Assembly: GCA_035221665.1 (NCBI GenBank)
Contig: CM069154.1
Location: 2,542,001-2,606,000 of the forward strand
Length of the DNA stretch: 64,000 nt
Direction: 5' to 3'
Origin: Okamejei kenojei
Lineage: Eukaryota
The position numbers and the translations under genes are program-made. The notes under the pieces were generated by a model. That model was not told the origin of the DNA. It ran no database searches and saw nothing but the letters and a program-made list of their open reading frames with translations. Below are positions 10,560-24,318 of this stretch, piece by piece (the first letter of the stretch is position 1; every line of letters begins with the position of its first letter).

Positions 10560-11530
10560 TGTATTTATGAAAAAGGTTTTTAGGCTTCAACTTCTAATAT
10601 TTCTCATATATAGCAAGCAATCAATTCTACCTCGGTCAATGAAGTCTTCTTTTTTCCGTTGACCCAGGCATTCAACGGTGTCTTCTCTTCTTACAGAATT
10701 CAGGCTGTAATCTGTGGCAGAGATCCAGCTTCTACGATTCTCCGTTGAATTCGTCTTTTGCTACTACTCTTCTGTGGCAACTAGTTTTCTGCTTAAATGT
10801 AGTGGCAGTTTTTACAACTTCTCAAAGTTCAACCTTCGATAGTCACTAATTTGTCGGGGATGATTAGAAAAGTAGTCTCACGCACTGCACGACACATTTA
10901 AAACAGCAAAGGTGAATCTACCAGAAGTAGCCTCTTGATTAATAGCTTCTTTATTGTAGTAATACAAAACAATGAAATAACTCATAACTTTTGATTCTTA
11001 ATCTTCGTTCCATTCATGTCATATAAATCATAAAATCTTCTTGTAAAAGTACATCGTCTGACAACATATATATTCCCCATTCATGCTTGTGGTCATAGGT
11101 AGAAAAAGGTTTCATCCATGGCCTCGACATTAAACTAAAACTAATCATCTGAGAGTCTGCAGCAGAATCCTCTGGACAAAAACACGCCTCAGACTACGTA
11201 TAAAATCCCACCCACATTAACACAGGCAGATAATAACTAGAGGTAACTAGACATGACTATAATAAACTTACTTAAGCTTGATTGCTCCAACAAATGTATT
11301 TGGGTGTATCAAAGTTTTAACAGATTGTATGATTTCCTTGAAGTGTGTGTAACTGTGTTTTACTTTTGAGTGAGAATTTTATTGTTTTAAAGTGTGTGAA
11401 TATCTGAGATTCAGCATATCGCATGAGCTGTGGAAATTTGTCAGTGAATGTCACAGAAAAGAAAGAGTATAAAGTGAGGAAGTTTAAAGACTGTTACTTG
11501 TTTGTGGAACCGGTTCTGGGTGAATGTTTA
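10560..11530 (-). mobile_element. Very old DIRS-type RT remnant
   Basis: Minus-strand THFKEIIQSVKTLIHPNTFVGAIKLK resembles the HFKMET...IDLKDAY region of DIRS RT. Confidence 0.4.
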
Positions 11531-13807
11531 ATTTTATATCAAAGTCTCGTGACGAGACTACGTGAAGAACCCGCCAGCCCACATGCACGTCAATATGTTG
11601 TCGCATGGCGTGAGATGCGGATGCATTCGGAAATGCTCCGTCAGGTAAGGTGTTTTTTTTGCAGGAACAGTGCAGCGGGCTTGGAGATGCTGACAGGCGC
11701 GACCTGTACAGCAACCATAGTTAAAGCTCTGGAAGGGACAGGTGTCCCGGCCTGGTCTCGGAGTAACTGGCAGGCGCGACCTGCACAGTAATCTCCTCCA
11801 AGGCTCCGATATGGAGCACCCTGTCGCACCGGGATCGGAGATGCTGGCAGGCGCGATCTGCACAGCAACCTCCGTTTAATGCTCCGAAAGGGAGCAGTTT
11901 GTCAAGCGTGGGTCCAAAGAGGTGAACAGGCGCGGCCTGCACAAGTAACTGCATTGAAGCTCTGATAAGGAGCAGCTGGTCGACAGAGACACTGGCAGGT
12001 AAGGTCTGCATACAAACCTCTGCGAAAGCTCGGAAATGGAGCAGTTTGGCGACCCGGGCTCGGAGACACTGGCAGCATAGCCTGTACAGTAACCTCCGCT
12101 AGCTCTGAAAAAGAGCAGGTTGGCGACCTGGGTTCAGGGACGCTGGCAGGGTGGCCTGCACAGCAACCTCTGAAAGCTCTGAAAAGGAGCAGCTTGTCTA
12201 CCCCGGTTCAGGGTAGGCCAACTTGAAATTGGCTGTTCAGAAGGACCATATTGGCCAGGGAAGCACTGCCTTAACATCAAAGATTGAGGTGATCAGGCTG
12301 CTCACAAGAGTGAGGATAACTGAGTGAGTGCACTGCACTGATACAGGCAGTTACATTCCGATATTTGACGATATCTTCTGCTCAGAGGCAGGGAGTTTGT
12401 GGATTCCCTCAACACATGCAAAATACTTTCAGTTCATGGCTAAAGTTGAGCTGCCAGCACTCTGGAACATAATTTGCCATTCTCTCAGGGATAGGCAAAG
12501 CAGTAAAGGCCGAACTGGCAAGTAGCATTGTGACCTGACTTGCAGGTTTGTGATGTAATAAACAAATAAACAAACAAACAAATAAATAAATAAATAGATA
12601 AATAAATAAATAAAGAGCAAAAGTTCCGAAAGGGAGCAGTTTGGCAACCCGAGTTCGGGGAAGGCCAAGGCCAAAACGACAAAATATGTCCAAATGGACA
12701 ATACTGGGCAGGAAGGAACTGCCTCAACATCCATTGAGGATATCATCTGTCAGCTCTCAAAACTGGAAAACCTGATTGAGAGGTTGGTCGAAGGGAATGT
12801 GCTCCGCACACTGGCGATCAATACAGGTAATTCCAGTCAGATGTCTGTGGCAGCAATACCTGGTTCAGGGTTGCATTATGATATCTGTCGCTCAGAGGAG
12901 GGGTGTTTTGAAGAGTATTACATGGTAGACTCTGTCTGTGGGGAAGTCAACAGTGAACTCGAATTCCCACAATAAGTGGATGATATGCATCAACTCAAGT
13001 CGAAAAAGGAGCTACCGGCATTTGTGACTAAATTTGCCATCCCCTCAGGGATAGGAGAACCATTAGAGGAAGACTGGCAAGTAGCATTGGTTATGTAACT
13101 TCTCATCAGCTGAATGAGAAGAACATGTAGGACACTGTTGTAAAGTATGCTAGTCCTGATAACTGCCAGACACTGGAGGTTCCGAAGGTTAATGCCACCA
13201 TTTGGGGCTATCTGAATGGCAAAACAAAGTCAAAAGACTTAAAACTCCAGTGAGTTCAGAGATTTCCCACAAGAGGGATTACGGCCTTTGCAAGGTCGGT
13301 GGAGGGAACTCAGCTGTCTGATTTGCAGTAGACACCTTAGCACATCTGTGGAATGCACAGTTTGAGCTCAATTGTGTTGTAAAGGATTTGTGCAAGGCAA
13401 GTAATGTGCAGTCTGCAAGTATCTCTTTGGAGAAGATTTGGGCAAGTAAAATTCAAGGCTGCGATGGGTGTGATAAGACACCCTTTGCGGGTAAGACTCC
13501 CGGCTACCGGCGTGCATTTCATCACTGCCAAGCGAGCGGCACATACTGCCACACTGAGGCTGGTTGGAGCACCAGCCTACACAATTAAAACCAAGCCAGA
13601 GGCCTTTTATATGCTCAGGTTCACAGCACTCACCATGGAGGCAGCACACTCCACATACTCAGTATCGTTCCCCAGCAGGCCACAATACCAGGGCCAAAGG
13701 GACAGAGCAAAATCTAGGGTCAGTCGACTCTATTGATCAACTGCCTAAGGCTATTTTGCTGGTGTCAGTCTCAGGGTTTGCTGGATTTTGTTGGCTGGTG
13801 GTGATAA

Positions 13808-13940
13808 TCACCTCTTGCCTATTATTTTATTGGCAGCCTTGGTGGTTTTTATAGCAAGTTATTTCTTAGAAACTGCCTTGATCACTCCTAAAGCCACCGT
13901 CTGTCTCGTCATGGACAGCAAAGCGACCAAGAGCTGGAGG
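13808..13940 (-). pseudogene. Fragment of an eEF1A-family coding 3' end inside DIRS A
   Basis: Reads PPALGRFAVHD/RQTVALGVIKAVSKK*LAIKTTKAANKIIGKR*, compared with eEF1A [26 protein letters not shown]...KVTKSAQK; has a 2-nt deletion and an internal stop. Confidence 0.85.
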
Positions 13941-14646
13941 CCGTTGAGGTATGCAAATATTATTCCATCAGTCGCATGAGATGTGCTGACGATATTCAAG
14001 TCTGGGGTAGATTGTGACTGTTCAAAAACAGGTGGGGACAGATAACCTCTGATCCTTTTAGCTTACCAATCACATATGGTTATAAGATTGTGTTTCTAGC
14101 TGAATAATTCTCTCCGCGGCAAGTAAAGCCAAGACTCCCGTACATACGGTCTAAAGAGGAAATTATGGCTATCCAAGTTGAAATAGAGAAACTACACAAA
14201 AAGGGTGTGATTGAGCAGTCTGCCCATGAACAAGAGGGGTATATTTCTAATATCTTCTCCAGGTTGAAGAAAATTGGAAAATCATTCTATGATTTAGCTA
14301 GTCTGAACACGTGCTTGGAATATACCCGTTTTAAGATGGATATTTTTCATTCAGCAAAATAGCTGATTACAGAGGATTGCTTTATGGCTTTAATTGATCT
14401 CGAAGATGCATACTATCCAGTACCAATACACGAGAGCCACATTATATATCTGAAGTTTATCTGGCAAGGCCAGTTGTGGCAATGTTAGGCTCTACCTAAG
14501 GGGTTGAGTTCAGCAAAAAAGTTAGCTGTTTCAGCAACAAAGGCACTCCTAGAATATCTAGGGTTTGTTATTCATCCAGGAAAGTTCATACTGGAGCCAA
14601 CAAAATCTATTACCTAACTAGGTTTTGTCATAAACTCTGCAGATAT

Positions 14647-15275
14647 TTGCGGCCTATCACTGGATCGGAGCGGCCTTTCATACCTTAGACCGGGGACCAG
14701 ACCAGCGCTTCGGCAGCAGGGGCGCGGCACTGGATTCATTGCGGAGCGGGCGATGCCTTCCTGGATCGCCGTTTGGACCTGATGCTCCAACGTCACGGGG
14801 CTGTGGTTTGCGGAGCTCCCAACGTGGGCGGCGCTGACCAACATCGCAGAGTCCTGGGGCCCTTTGCCGAGGGTCGCCAGCGTAAATCTCCGCCCGGCGC
14901 GGCCTGGGGACGTCGGGAGCTGCGGACTCCGGTGGGAAGCGGCCGATTTGGAGGTCCAAGCCGCTGAGGTTGTCCTCCAGTCCCGACGTCGGAGAGCCAA
15001 CATCCTGGCGAGCAGGCTTGAGCGGCGGGCAGCCCGTAGCGGCGACTGCGAAGGGCTCCGGAAGCCCCGACCACGGGTGAACATCGAGGAAGAGACTGAC
15101 TTTGGTGCCTTCCCTCACAGTGGGAAACTTTTGATTCTGCTATGTGGGGATGTTTTATGTTGAACTCTATCGTGTGGTGTGTTCTTTATTTTATTGTATG
15201 GCTGTATGGTGATCACAGTTCACTGTACCAACTGGCACATGTGACAAATAAATATATCTTGTATCTTGTATCTTG
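14647..15275 (+). mobile_element. GC-rich non-LTR 3' fragment inserted in DIRS A RT
   Basis: (TCTTGTA)n tail; TSD AGATAT at 14641-14646 and 15276-15281; removing it restores INSADMSVT. Confidence 0.75.
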
Positions 15276-15684
15276 AGATATGTCTGTGACCCGATCCACA
15301 GATAAGAAACATAATATTGTAGAGGCATGCACAGGGTATAAATATCGCAAGATGCCACCAAAGACAATTCAAGACAATGTAACATGAATTATAGTGCCAA
15401 ATTGGCCTATTCATCCATTGTAAATAGGTCTGCTGGAAGAAGCTCCTATTTACTCACAGACACGAGCAGTGGTTAGTTCAACCAAACACGCGTGCATCTA
15501 TCAATGCATGGTTGTATGGAAAGGTTTTGTGAAGAGACACATGTGAGCTACTTTTAAACAGAAGTAGCAGAGGTTTGTGGGAAAAATAAAACAATGGAAA
15601 ATGTTTTGTGAGGATGCACACCTGAATTACTTTAAGGCAGAAGTAGCTGATGTTTTGGAATTTCTTTCAGTTTTGTTTTTTGTC

Positions 15685-16440
15685 TAAGTTATAGTGCTAT
15701 TATATAGTGGCGACCTGACTCGGCCCCGGAGCTGTAGCGGCAGAAGCGGCAGAAGCGGCAGAAGCGGCACCAGCGGCAGTGGCGACCCGACTCGGCCCCG
15801 GAGCTGCGGCAGCGTTTCAGCGGCAGCAGCAGTGGAAGTGGCGCCCCGACTCGGCCCCGGAGCTGTAGCGGCAGAAGCGGCAGCAGTGGAAGCGGCGGCC
15901 CGACTCGGCCCCGGAGCTGTAGCGGCGGCAGTGGCAGTGCCCGACCTCGGAGGCTCGGCCGCGGGCCCGGTGGACTCGGCCGCGGGCCCAGTGGACGACA
16001 TCGTCGGGAGCTCGCAGGTCACAGGTTGGTGACCTGTTTTTCCGGAGCTCCCGCAACGACAGCTTCGTCTACTGGTCTGGAGGGCAGCAGCTTCAGCAGC
16101 TTCGACCACCCCGGGCCGCGGAGTTTGCTCCGGCCCGTTCGCGGAGCACGGTTGAGCCATGGGACTTACTTACAATCACCCGGTGGGGTCACAACATCAG
16201 AAGCCTGGATCGCCTCGGCGCAGAGGGAGAACAAAGAGGGAAGAGACAGAGACTTTAAGACTTTGCCTTCCATTACAGTGAGGAGGTGTTTGGTCAACTC
16301 ACTGTGGTGGATGTTAAATTTGTGTCTATTGTGTGTTTTTGACATTTTTTTATTATATGTATGACTGCAAGGCAACGAAATTTTGTTCAGACCGAAAGGT
16401 CTGAATGACAAAAATAAAATTTAATTCAATTAAATTCAAT
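15685..16440 (+). mobile_element. Second GC-rich non-LTR 3' fragment with an internal minisatellite
   Basis: CCGACTCGGCCCCGGAGCTG repeats at 15715-15950; (AATTCAAT)-like tail; interrupts the YR of DIRS A. Confidence 0.6.
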
Positions 16441-17844
16441 ATTAACACTGCTTGCAGTGCTTTATCATCGTATTAACTCTGTATTAACACTGCTTGCAGT
16501 CGTACCTAGTGCTTGGGGTGGGACATCAAACTATTGGCACTCATCCATTGGTGTCAAAGTTCATGAAAGGTGTCTTTAATATGAACCCTCCAAGGCCTAG
16601 ATATAATGAAGTGTGGAATGTGAAAGTAGTTTTGAGTTTGCTTCGCAATCTGGCACTAGTTGCATCGCTGACGTTGGAACTGCTCACTCTTAAATTAGTG
16701 ATGCTTATGCCACTTATTTCTGTGCAAAGAGCTCAGTCTTTGCACAAACTCCGTCTGGATAACTCTGCTGTAACTGACAAGAAAGTGGTATTTTATGTGG
16801 ATGATCTGATAAAGCAGAGCAGGCCAGACACGGTGGGGTACGTTAGATCTGGCAGAATACCCACCGGATCGGAGATTGTGTGTTTGTATTGATGTGATGA
16901 AGTACATTGAGGTTACTAAAAACATTCAAGATGAGGAAAAAGCTTTCTTCACAAGTTATAAAAAGTCACACAAGAGAGTGTCGGTGCAGACTATTTCAAG
17001 ATGGATAAAGTGTACATGGTTGGAAGCGGGAGTGAATTCTGATATTTTCAAGTCTCACTCTACCAGGGCTGCAGCCACGTTGGCAGCAAATAGAATGGAG
17101 GTTCCTCTTGATCACATTCTTGCAACAGCAGAATGGTCAGATGAACGCATGTTTTGGAAGTTTTATAATAAACGTTTTGTCATAAAGATCATTCGGTATG
17201 TCAAGGGTTATTAATCTTTGTATAGTTTAGTTTAGTACAAGTAACCATATAACCATATAACCATATAACAATTACAGCACGGAAACAGGCCCTCTCGGCC
17301 CTTCCAGTCCGTGCCGACCATTTGTTTTCCCCTAGTCCCATCTACCTGCTCCATTCCCTCCATGCCCCTCCATGCCGAAATGACAGAAGGTTATAAAATT
17401 ATGAGAGCCAGATAGGGTAGACAGTCAGTACAAATTTCCCATTGTGCAAATGCCAAAGACTAGAGGGCATCACTTTAGGATGAGACGGGCAACAGTTAAA
17501 GATGTGCGGGGCACAGAGGGTGGTGGGTGACTGGAACCCGCTGCTGTGGGTGGTGGAGGCAGATACAATAGCTAAGAGGCTTTATCTAAAATATCTCATG
17601 GACATGCAGATAATAGAGGATTATGGATCACGTGCAGGCAGAGGAGATTAGTTTATCTTGGCATCATGTTCAGCACGGACATTGTGGGCCGAAGGGCCTG
17701 TTTCTGTGCTGTACTGTTCCATGTTCTATGTTATATAGTCTTCTCAATCACATCTTGAGAAGAACATTTTCCAGAGGTGCCACTGGTGTGATATTCATTA
17801 TATCTGCTGCAGTCAATGAGTGTGTTGTGAAAACAGCCAGAGGA

Positions 17845-19238
17845 GACAATAGACAATAGGTGCATGATTAGGCCATTCGGCCCTTCGAGCCAGCACCGCC
17901 ATTCAATGTGATCATGGCTGATCATTCCCAGTTAGTACCCCGTTCCTGCCTTCTCCCCATATCCCCTGATTCCGCTATCTTTAAGAGCCCTACCTAGCTC
18001 TCTCTTGAAAGTATCCAGAGAACCGGCCTCCACTGCCCTCTGAGGCAGAGAATTCCACAGATTCACAACACTCTGTGAGAAAAAGTGTTTCCCCATCTCC
18101 GTTCTAAATGGCTTACCCCTTATTCTTAAACTGTGGCCCTGGTTCTGGACACCCCCAACATCGGGAACATGTTTCCTGCCTCTAGCATGTCCAAGCCCTT
18201 AACAATCTTATATGTTTCAATAAGATCCTCTCTCATCCTTCTAAACTCCAGAGTGTACAAGCCCAGCTGCTCCATTCTCTCAGCATATGACAGTCCAGCC
18301 ATCCCAGGAATTAACCTTGTAAACCTTCGCCGTACTCCCTCAATAGCAAGAATGTCCTTCCTCAAATTAGGGGACCAAAAATGCACACAATACTCCAGGT
18401 GTGGTCTCACTAGGGCCCTGCACAACTGCAGAAGGATCTCTTTGTTCCTATACTCGACTCCTCGTGTTATAAAGGCCAACATGCCATTAGCTTTCTTCAC
18501 TGCCTGCTGTACCTGCATGCTTACTTTCATGGACTGATGAACAAGGACCACCAGATCCTGTTGTACTTCCCCCTTTCCCAACTTGACACCATTTAGTAAT
18601 CTGCCTTCATGTTTTTGATACCAAAGTGGATAACCTCACATTTATCCGCATTAAACTTCATCTGCCATGCATCTGCCCACTCCCCCAACCTGTCCAAGTC
18701 ACCCTGCATTCTCAGAGCATCCTCCTCACAGTTCACACTGCCACCCAGCTTTGTGTCATCTACAAATTTGCTAATGTTACTTTGAATCCCTTCATCCAAA
18801 TCATTGATGTATATTGTAAATAGCTGCGGTCCCAGCACCGACCCTTGCGGTACCCCACTAGTCACTGCCTGCCATTCTGAAAGGGACCCGTTAATCCCTA
18901 TTCTCTGTTTCCTGTCTGCCAACCACTTCTCTATCCATGTCAGCACTCTACCCCCAATACCATGTGCCCTAATTTTGCCCACTAATCTCCTATGTGGGAC
19001 CTTATCAAATATTTTCTGAAAGTCCAGGTACACTACATCCACTGGCTCTCCCTTGTCCATTTTCCTAGTTACACCCTCAAAAAATTCCAGAATATTAGTC
19101 AAGCATGATTTCCCCTTCGTAAATCCATGCTGACTCGGACCGATCCTGTTACTGCTATCCAAATGTGCGGTTATTTCATCTTTTATAATTGACTCCAGCA
19201 TCTTCCCCACCACTGATGTCAGGCTAACTGGTCTATAA
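17845..19238 (-). mobile_element. CR1 LINE RT fragment
   Basis: ORFs 18593-19213 and 18126-18581 ([16 protein letters not shown]); (GACAATA)n tail. Confidence 0.95.
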
Positions 19239-20437
19239 TAGTAAGATTAAATGAGAACTTACCAGTTCGAAGTTTGATCTTTATTTTATGAGGAGTAACG
19301 ATGAGGGATTACGTGAAGAAGGCCCGCCTGGCGCTGGAACGGCATACTTCAAAGCAGCGGCATGAAAAACACAGAACACAATAGCCGGAGTAAGATAGTA
19401 AGGCTCATCATAGATTTAGAACTACCAGATGATCATTTACTTTATGAGGGTGTGGAGTGGAGGGCATGTAATCCCTCATCGTTACTCCTCATAAAATAAA
19501 GATCAAACTTCGAACTGGTAAGTTCTCGTTAATCTTACTATTTTACTTCGGAGTCACGTGAGTGACTACGTGAAGAGTTTGAAGCTTTCTGTGTTTTTCA
19601 TGTCGTAGAATTTATTCCATACGACAGTCCGGCTCATTTAACACAGTAACGAGCGAATAACACATTTTTCCCCAAACATTGCCTCAAGTTATGTGATAAA
19701 TTATTTCACATTATAAAGAATAAAAGTAATGCCCTTTCCATTGAAAGGCAAGTTTATCACAAAATACCAATTGATATATATATTTTGATGGCATGACAAA
19801 GCAACAATTATAGAGAACCCAACACTGCGTGTCCAAACCTGACACCATGACTGGTTCCTTTTTACTTTAACATTAATTTACACCCTCCTGCGGCCTTGCA
19901 TCTTTGCTCGAGTGGCTCATCCCGTGCCATTCCTGTGAATGTATCTACCTCATTAACAGAGTGATTTTCCACCTTTCAGTGTCTAGTTCCACTGCGTGTA
20001 TCCAATTTCTAACCATCTAGAATACATTCCTCTAGAACCATCAGTTTTTACTGAACCTAATGTGGCTTTTGTGTGTAATAAGCAGTCTCATTACCACAGA
20101 GACTCTTACCTACTGCAACATATTTCATCAATGTTCACACACACACACACACACACACACAACTTAAAGCCGACAGGATATGCTTATTGGTTTCAGCTCC
20201 TCTTGGTGTGCTTTGTTTGGTAGATTCATAAACATATATGATAATGCAATCTGTATCCACATGCAATTATAACGTAACATTTGCAATGTTTGCACTCTTA
20301 TATTGATACTAAAGTCATCAGCATTATTATTTTCAATGTTTAACTTTTTTGAATCATAGATAGAGTTAGAGTCCATTGCCTAAGGCAATTCAGGATTATT
20401 TATCTCCTGACTTTATATTTTTTACAATTTTGGACAG

Positions 20438-20493
<56 letters not shown>

Positions 20494-22300
20494 TATATAT
20501 ATATTTATTAATATCTACATATATATCCCTTTCCATATCGGGATATTATGAATGCACCTGATAACTTCTTGGTTAATATATTGTCCGTTAATAGGACGGT
20601 AACACTCTGAGCCCTATTATTGGCTCTATCAATTAGATACTCAGAAAAATGCAATCCACAAGGAACTCACATATATCTAATATGATAAAATAACTTTACT
20701 GTATACACAGACCTCCAATTTCTTATAACAAAATATTGTTTTTTAGACTTATTTCTGCAAATTGCAGGTATAACACTTCTTTTATACATAATTATTTTAT
20801 TGATATGTTGTTATATTAGTTAACATTCATAGACTTCTTTGACCATCAGCTGTTGTAATGGTCTGGTCAACCTGCAGATAGTCAAATTCATATTTTCATG
20901 TCATGGATGCTTTTGTACAACAATAAATTACTGCAGGGTTTCACAAACCTGGAGATCCCAGCGGGTGCAGCAGCATCCAAAGAGCGAAAGGAGACAGGCA
21001 ACGCCTCGGGTCGAGACCCTTCCTCAGACTTCAATAAATTGCTGCAACTATGAATCATCACAAGTAGTTCAATTGTCACACAATATTTATGAAACCATGA
21101 AGGATCCGTATTAGGCCACCAAATATGCCTCTGGCAGTGTCCTGCTACATTTTCATCAGACACTGCCCTATCAAACAAAATGAGGAACACAAAAGAACAT
21201 CTTTTCCTCATGTAATTGGGAGAAAAGCATCCACCTTCCCTGTTCTTGGTTTACCCACAAGAAACATTTGAAAGATCGGTGATTTAATCTGTATGCAACC
21301 AGATTAATCGTAAGTAATCCATATTAATGACAATATGTTTTCTCCCAAATTTGTTGTCTCCGATACCATTGTCTCTTCCTTAGAGATAAACAGATGGATT
21401 AAACTTTAAAATATGCCACATCTGTTTACTCAGATAATCCCATGATTGTTATTTGACTTATCTTGTGTGTTTTAACATATGCCACAGCCGTGGTATTGTT
21501 CATCTTGATACGATATGGACACTTCCATAATAAAACAATCAATATTTAATCCATAACTCCTTATACTTCAATAATTAATATAAATGTTTGGAAAATTTCT
21601 TAGGACAAACCATTTATGCTCACCTGGTATTATTGTCCGCAGTCCCAACAAGAGACGTATCAATTATTCTTATAAGAATAGATAATATTCTTATCTTTAC
21701 CCAAACATTCACAGAAGCTGTACGTCATCTGTAACAATTGCTTCAGTTTGCAACAGCTGTTAATCTTATAGTTGAAGCAGCTTGTGAACCTTTTTTACAT
21801 TACTTTAATAATGATAACGTATCATTTGATATTTGCATAAGCCTCTTCACAAAGGCATACATATTCTTATAAGCTTCTGTATTCCTTCTTTTGGAACTTT
21901 ATTTATTCTTTACCTAACCTAATGGAGGGACAAAGCATGTCAACAACAATGAGACATATTTGTATCATGGAACAATTTTTCCCCCCTCTTATGGTGCTGA
22001 ATTACTTCTAAATTCAGAATAGTAATTTATGAATATTTTATTAATGCCTAAGCATACGCTTTATGTAATGGGTCAGGTCCTTGCCTCCCACCAGGTTTGT
22101 AATTGCAGCACTAATTTGCAGCTGACTCTTATACCTTCCAATTTAAATGTAATCAAGATAACCCATGACCATGACCTCATTAGTGCAAGTGCTGATCTTT
22201 TATCAGCATAATTGTTCCTTCAGTATTCTGTTTAACAGCCTTGAACTGGTTTAATCCTTTGGACAATGTTTTAACTTGCACAGCTTGACCCACTTTAATT
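19239..22300 (-). mobile_element. AT-rich decayed DIRS retrotransposon E
   Basis: Right terminus TAGTAAGATTAAATGAGAACTTACC at 19239 and ICR at about 19465-19580 are well preserved; decayed YR, RNase H (NNTTAVAY at about 21490) and RT remnants follow. Confidence 0.75.
20136..20503. repeat. (CA)n and (TA)n microsatellites
   Basis: CA run at 20136-20161; TA run at about 20440-20503. Confidence 0.9.
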
Positions 22301-23300
22301 AATTTCAAGCACCTGCAATCTACTCTTCTCCCTCTCCAATTGTAGATTAAACCTGACCATATTATGGTCACTACCTCCTAATGGCTCCTTAACCTCAAGT
22401 TCCTTTATCAAATCCGGTTCATTACATAACACTAAATATAGAATTACCTTCTCCCTGGTAGGTTCCAATACAAGCTGCTCTAAGAATCCATCACTAAGGC
22501 ACTCCACAAACTCCCTTTCTTGGGTTCCGGTACCAACCTGATTTTCCCAGTCTACCTGCATGTTGAAATTTCCCATAACAACCACAGCATTACCTTTGCC
22601 ACATGCCAATTTTAACTCCTGATTCAACTTGCACCCTATATCCAGGCTACTGTTTGGGGGCCTGTAGATGTCCCATTAGGGTCTTTTTACCCTTACAATT
22701 CCTTTGTTCTATCCATACTAACTCAACATCTCCTGTTTCAATGTCACCCCTGGCAAGGGATTGAATTTCATTCCTCACCAACAGAGCTACCCCACCCCTT
22801 TGCCCACCTGTCTGTCATTTCGGTAGGAGGTATACCCTTGGGTATTCAGTTCCCAGCCCTGGCCCTCTTGCAGCCATGGCTCTGTAATTCCCACAACATC
22901 ATACTTGCCAATTTCTAACTGAGCCTCAAGCTCATCCACTTTATTCCTTATACTTTGCGCATTCATATACAACACTTCGAGCTCCGTATTCACCTCCCCC
23001 CTCGCACCGCTCGCAATTGGACCTGACCTTACTCTTTTATCCCTTCTTGAACTTTCCTTCCCATTAATTCGAGAATCTTTTGTCATTTTTCCTGTACTCA
23101 CTTCCCCTTCAACTCCATCTTTATACTCCCAATTTGTCAATCCCTCCCCCCCACTATTTAGTTTAAGCCCCCACGTGTAGCCCTAGCAAACCTGCCTGCC
23201 AGAATGTTTGTCCCCCTCCAGTTAAGGTGTAACCTGTCCCTTTCGTACAGGTCACCCATGCCCCAGAAGACATCCCAGTGGTCTATCAATCTAAAAGCTA
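22300..23300 (-). mobile_element. CR1 LINE ORF1-end / endonuclease fragment
   Basis: LYMNAQSIRNK, VGITEPWL and GGSDHN (APE endonuclease); DRLHLNWRG (ORF1 esterase). Confidence 0.9.
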
Positions 23301-24004
23301 AATCTAAATCTAAAAAGGAGAAGATGGGATTTATGTGGAGTTTCATTTTGTAATCATTATTTATTTAATGTCATAGTGTAATAGAGTCATAGTGTGATAC
23401 TTACCCACGCTGGTCAACATGTCCCAGCTACAATAGTCTCACCTGCCTGTTTTTGGTCCATATCCCTCCAAACCTGTCCTATCCATTGTTTCTTAAATGT
23501 TGGGATCTAAATGTGGCCTCACCAATGTCTTGTACAGTTGCAAGATGACCTCCCAACCTCCATACTCAATACTCTGACTGATGAAGGCCAATGTGCCAAA
23601 AGCCTTTTTGACCACACTCTCTACCTGCATCTTCAAGGAACCATGCACCTTCACTCATAGATTCCTCTGCTCTACAACATTCCCCAGAGCCGGGCCATTC
23701 ACTGTGTAGGTCCTGCACATGTTAGACTCCCCAAAAAAAACACCTCACATTACTCTGTATTAAATTCCATCAACCGTTCCTCAGCCCACCTGGCCAATAT
23801 TTCAAGATCCTGCTGCAATTTTTCACAATCATCTTCACTGTCTGCAAAACTGCCTACTTTTGTGTCATCTGCAAACTTGCTAATCTTGCCATGCATGTTC
23901 TCATCCAAATCATTGATATAGATGATAAACAGTAACGCACGTTTCCCTTTCCCCGACCCTCAGTGTGAAGAAGGGCCTCGACCCGAAACGTCACCTATTC
24001 CCAT

Positions 24005-24318
24005 TAGTTTTATTTTATTTTTTGTTTAGGGATGGCGTTGAAATTGGCCCTTCGGCACACCGAGTCCGCACCGACCAGCGTTCCCCCACATTAACCCTAT
24101 CCTACTACTAGGGACAATTAACACACATACCAAGCCAATTAACATACAAACCTGTACGTCTTTGGAGTGTGGGAGGAAACCGAAGATCTCGGAGAAAAGC
24201 CACTCATGCCACAGGGAGAACGTACAAACTCCGTACAGACAAGCATCCGTAGTCGGGATTGAACCTGGGTCTCTGGCGCTGCAAGCGCTGTAAGGCAGCA
24301 ACTCTACCGCTGCGCCAC
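24005..24318 (-). mobile_element. tRNA-derived SINE
   Basis: Reverse-strand A and B boxes and SINE body. Confidence 0.75.

Larger units (their letters stand above)
11532..17215 (+). mobile_element. DIRS retrotransposon A (degenerate, right end missing)
   Basis: Left terminus TTTTA..C..AGTC.CGTGA..GACTACGTGAAGA; tandem repeats of about 65 bp at 11680-12230; gag 12694-13650; RT 14165-14640; YR 15500-17170 with SHSTRAA; several nested insertions. Confidence 0.85.

Noticed and set aside
11680-12230. Regularly spaced repeats resembling a CRISPR array
   Set aside because: Degenerate tandem units without unique spacers, inside a vertebrate DIRS 5' region
14614-16364. Multiple overlapping GC-rich ORFs
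   Set aside because: They lie in TE insertions with tails or TSD and minisatellites; no coherent protein motifs
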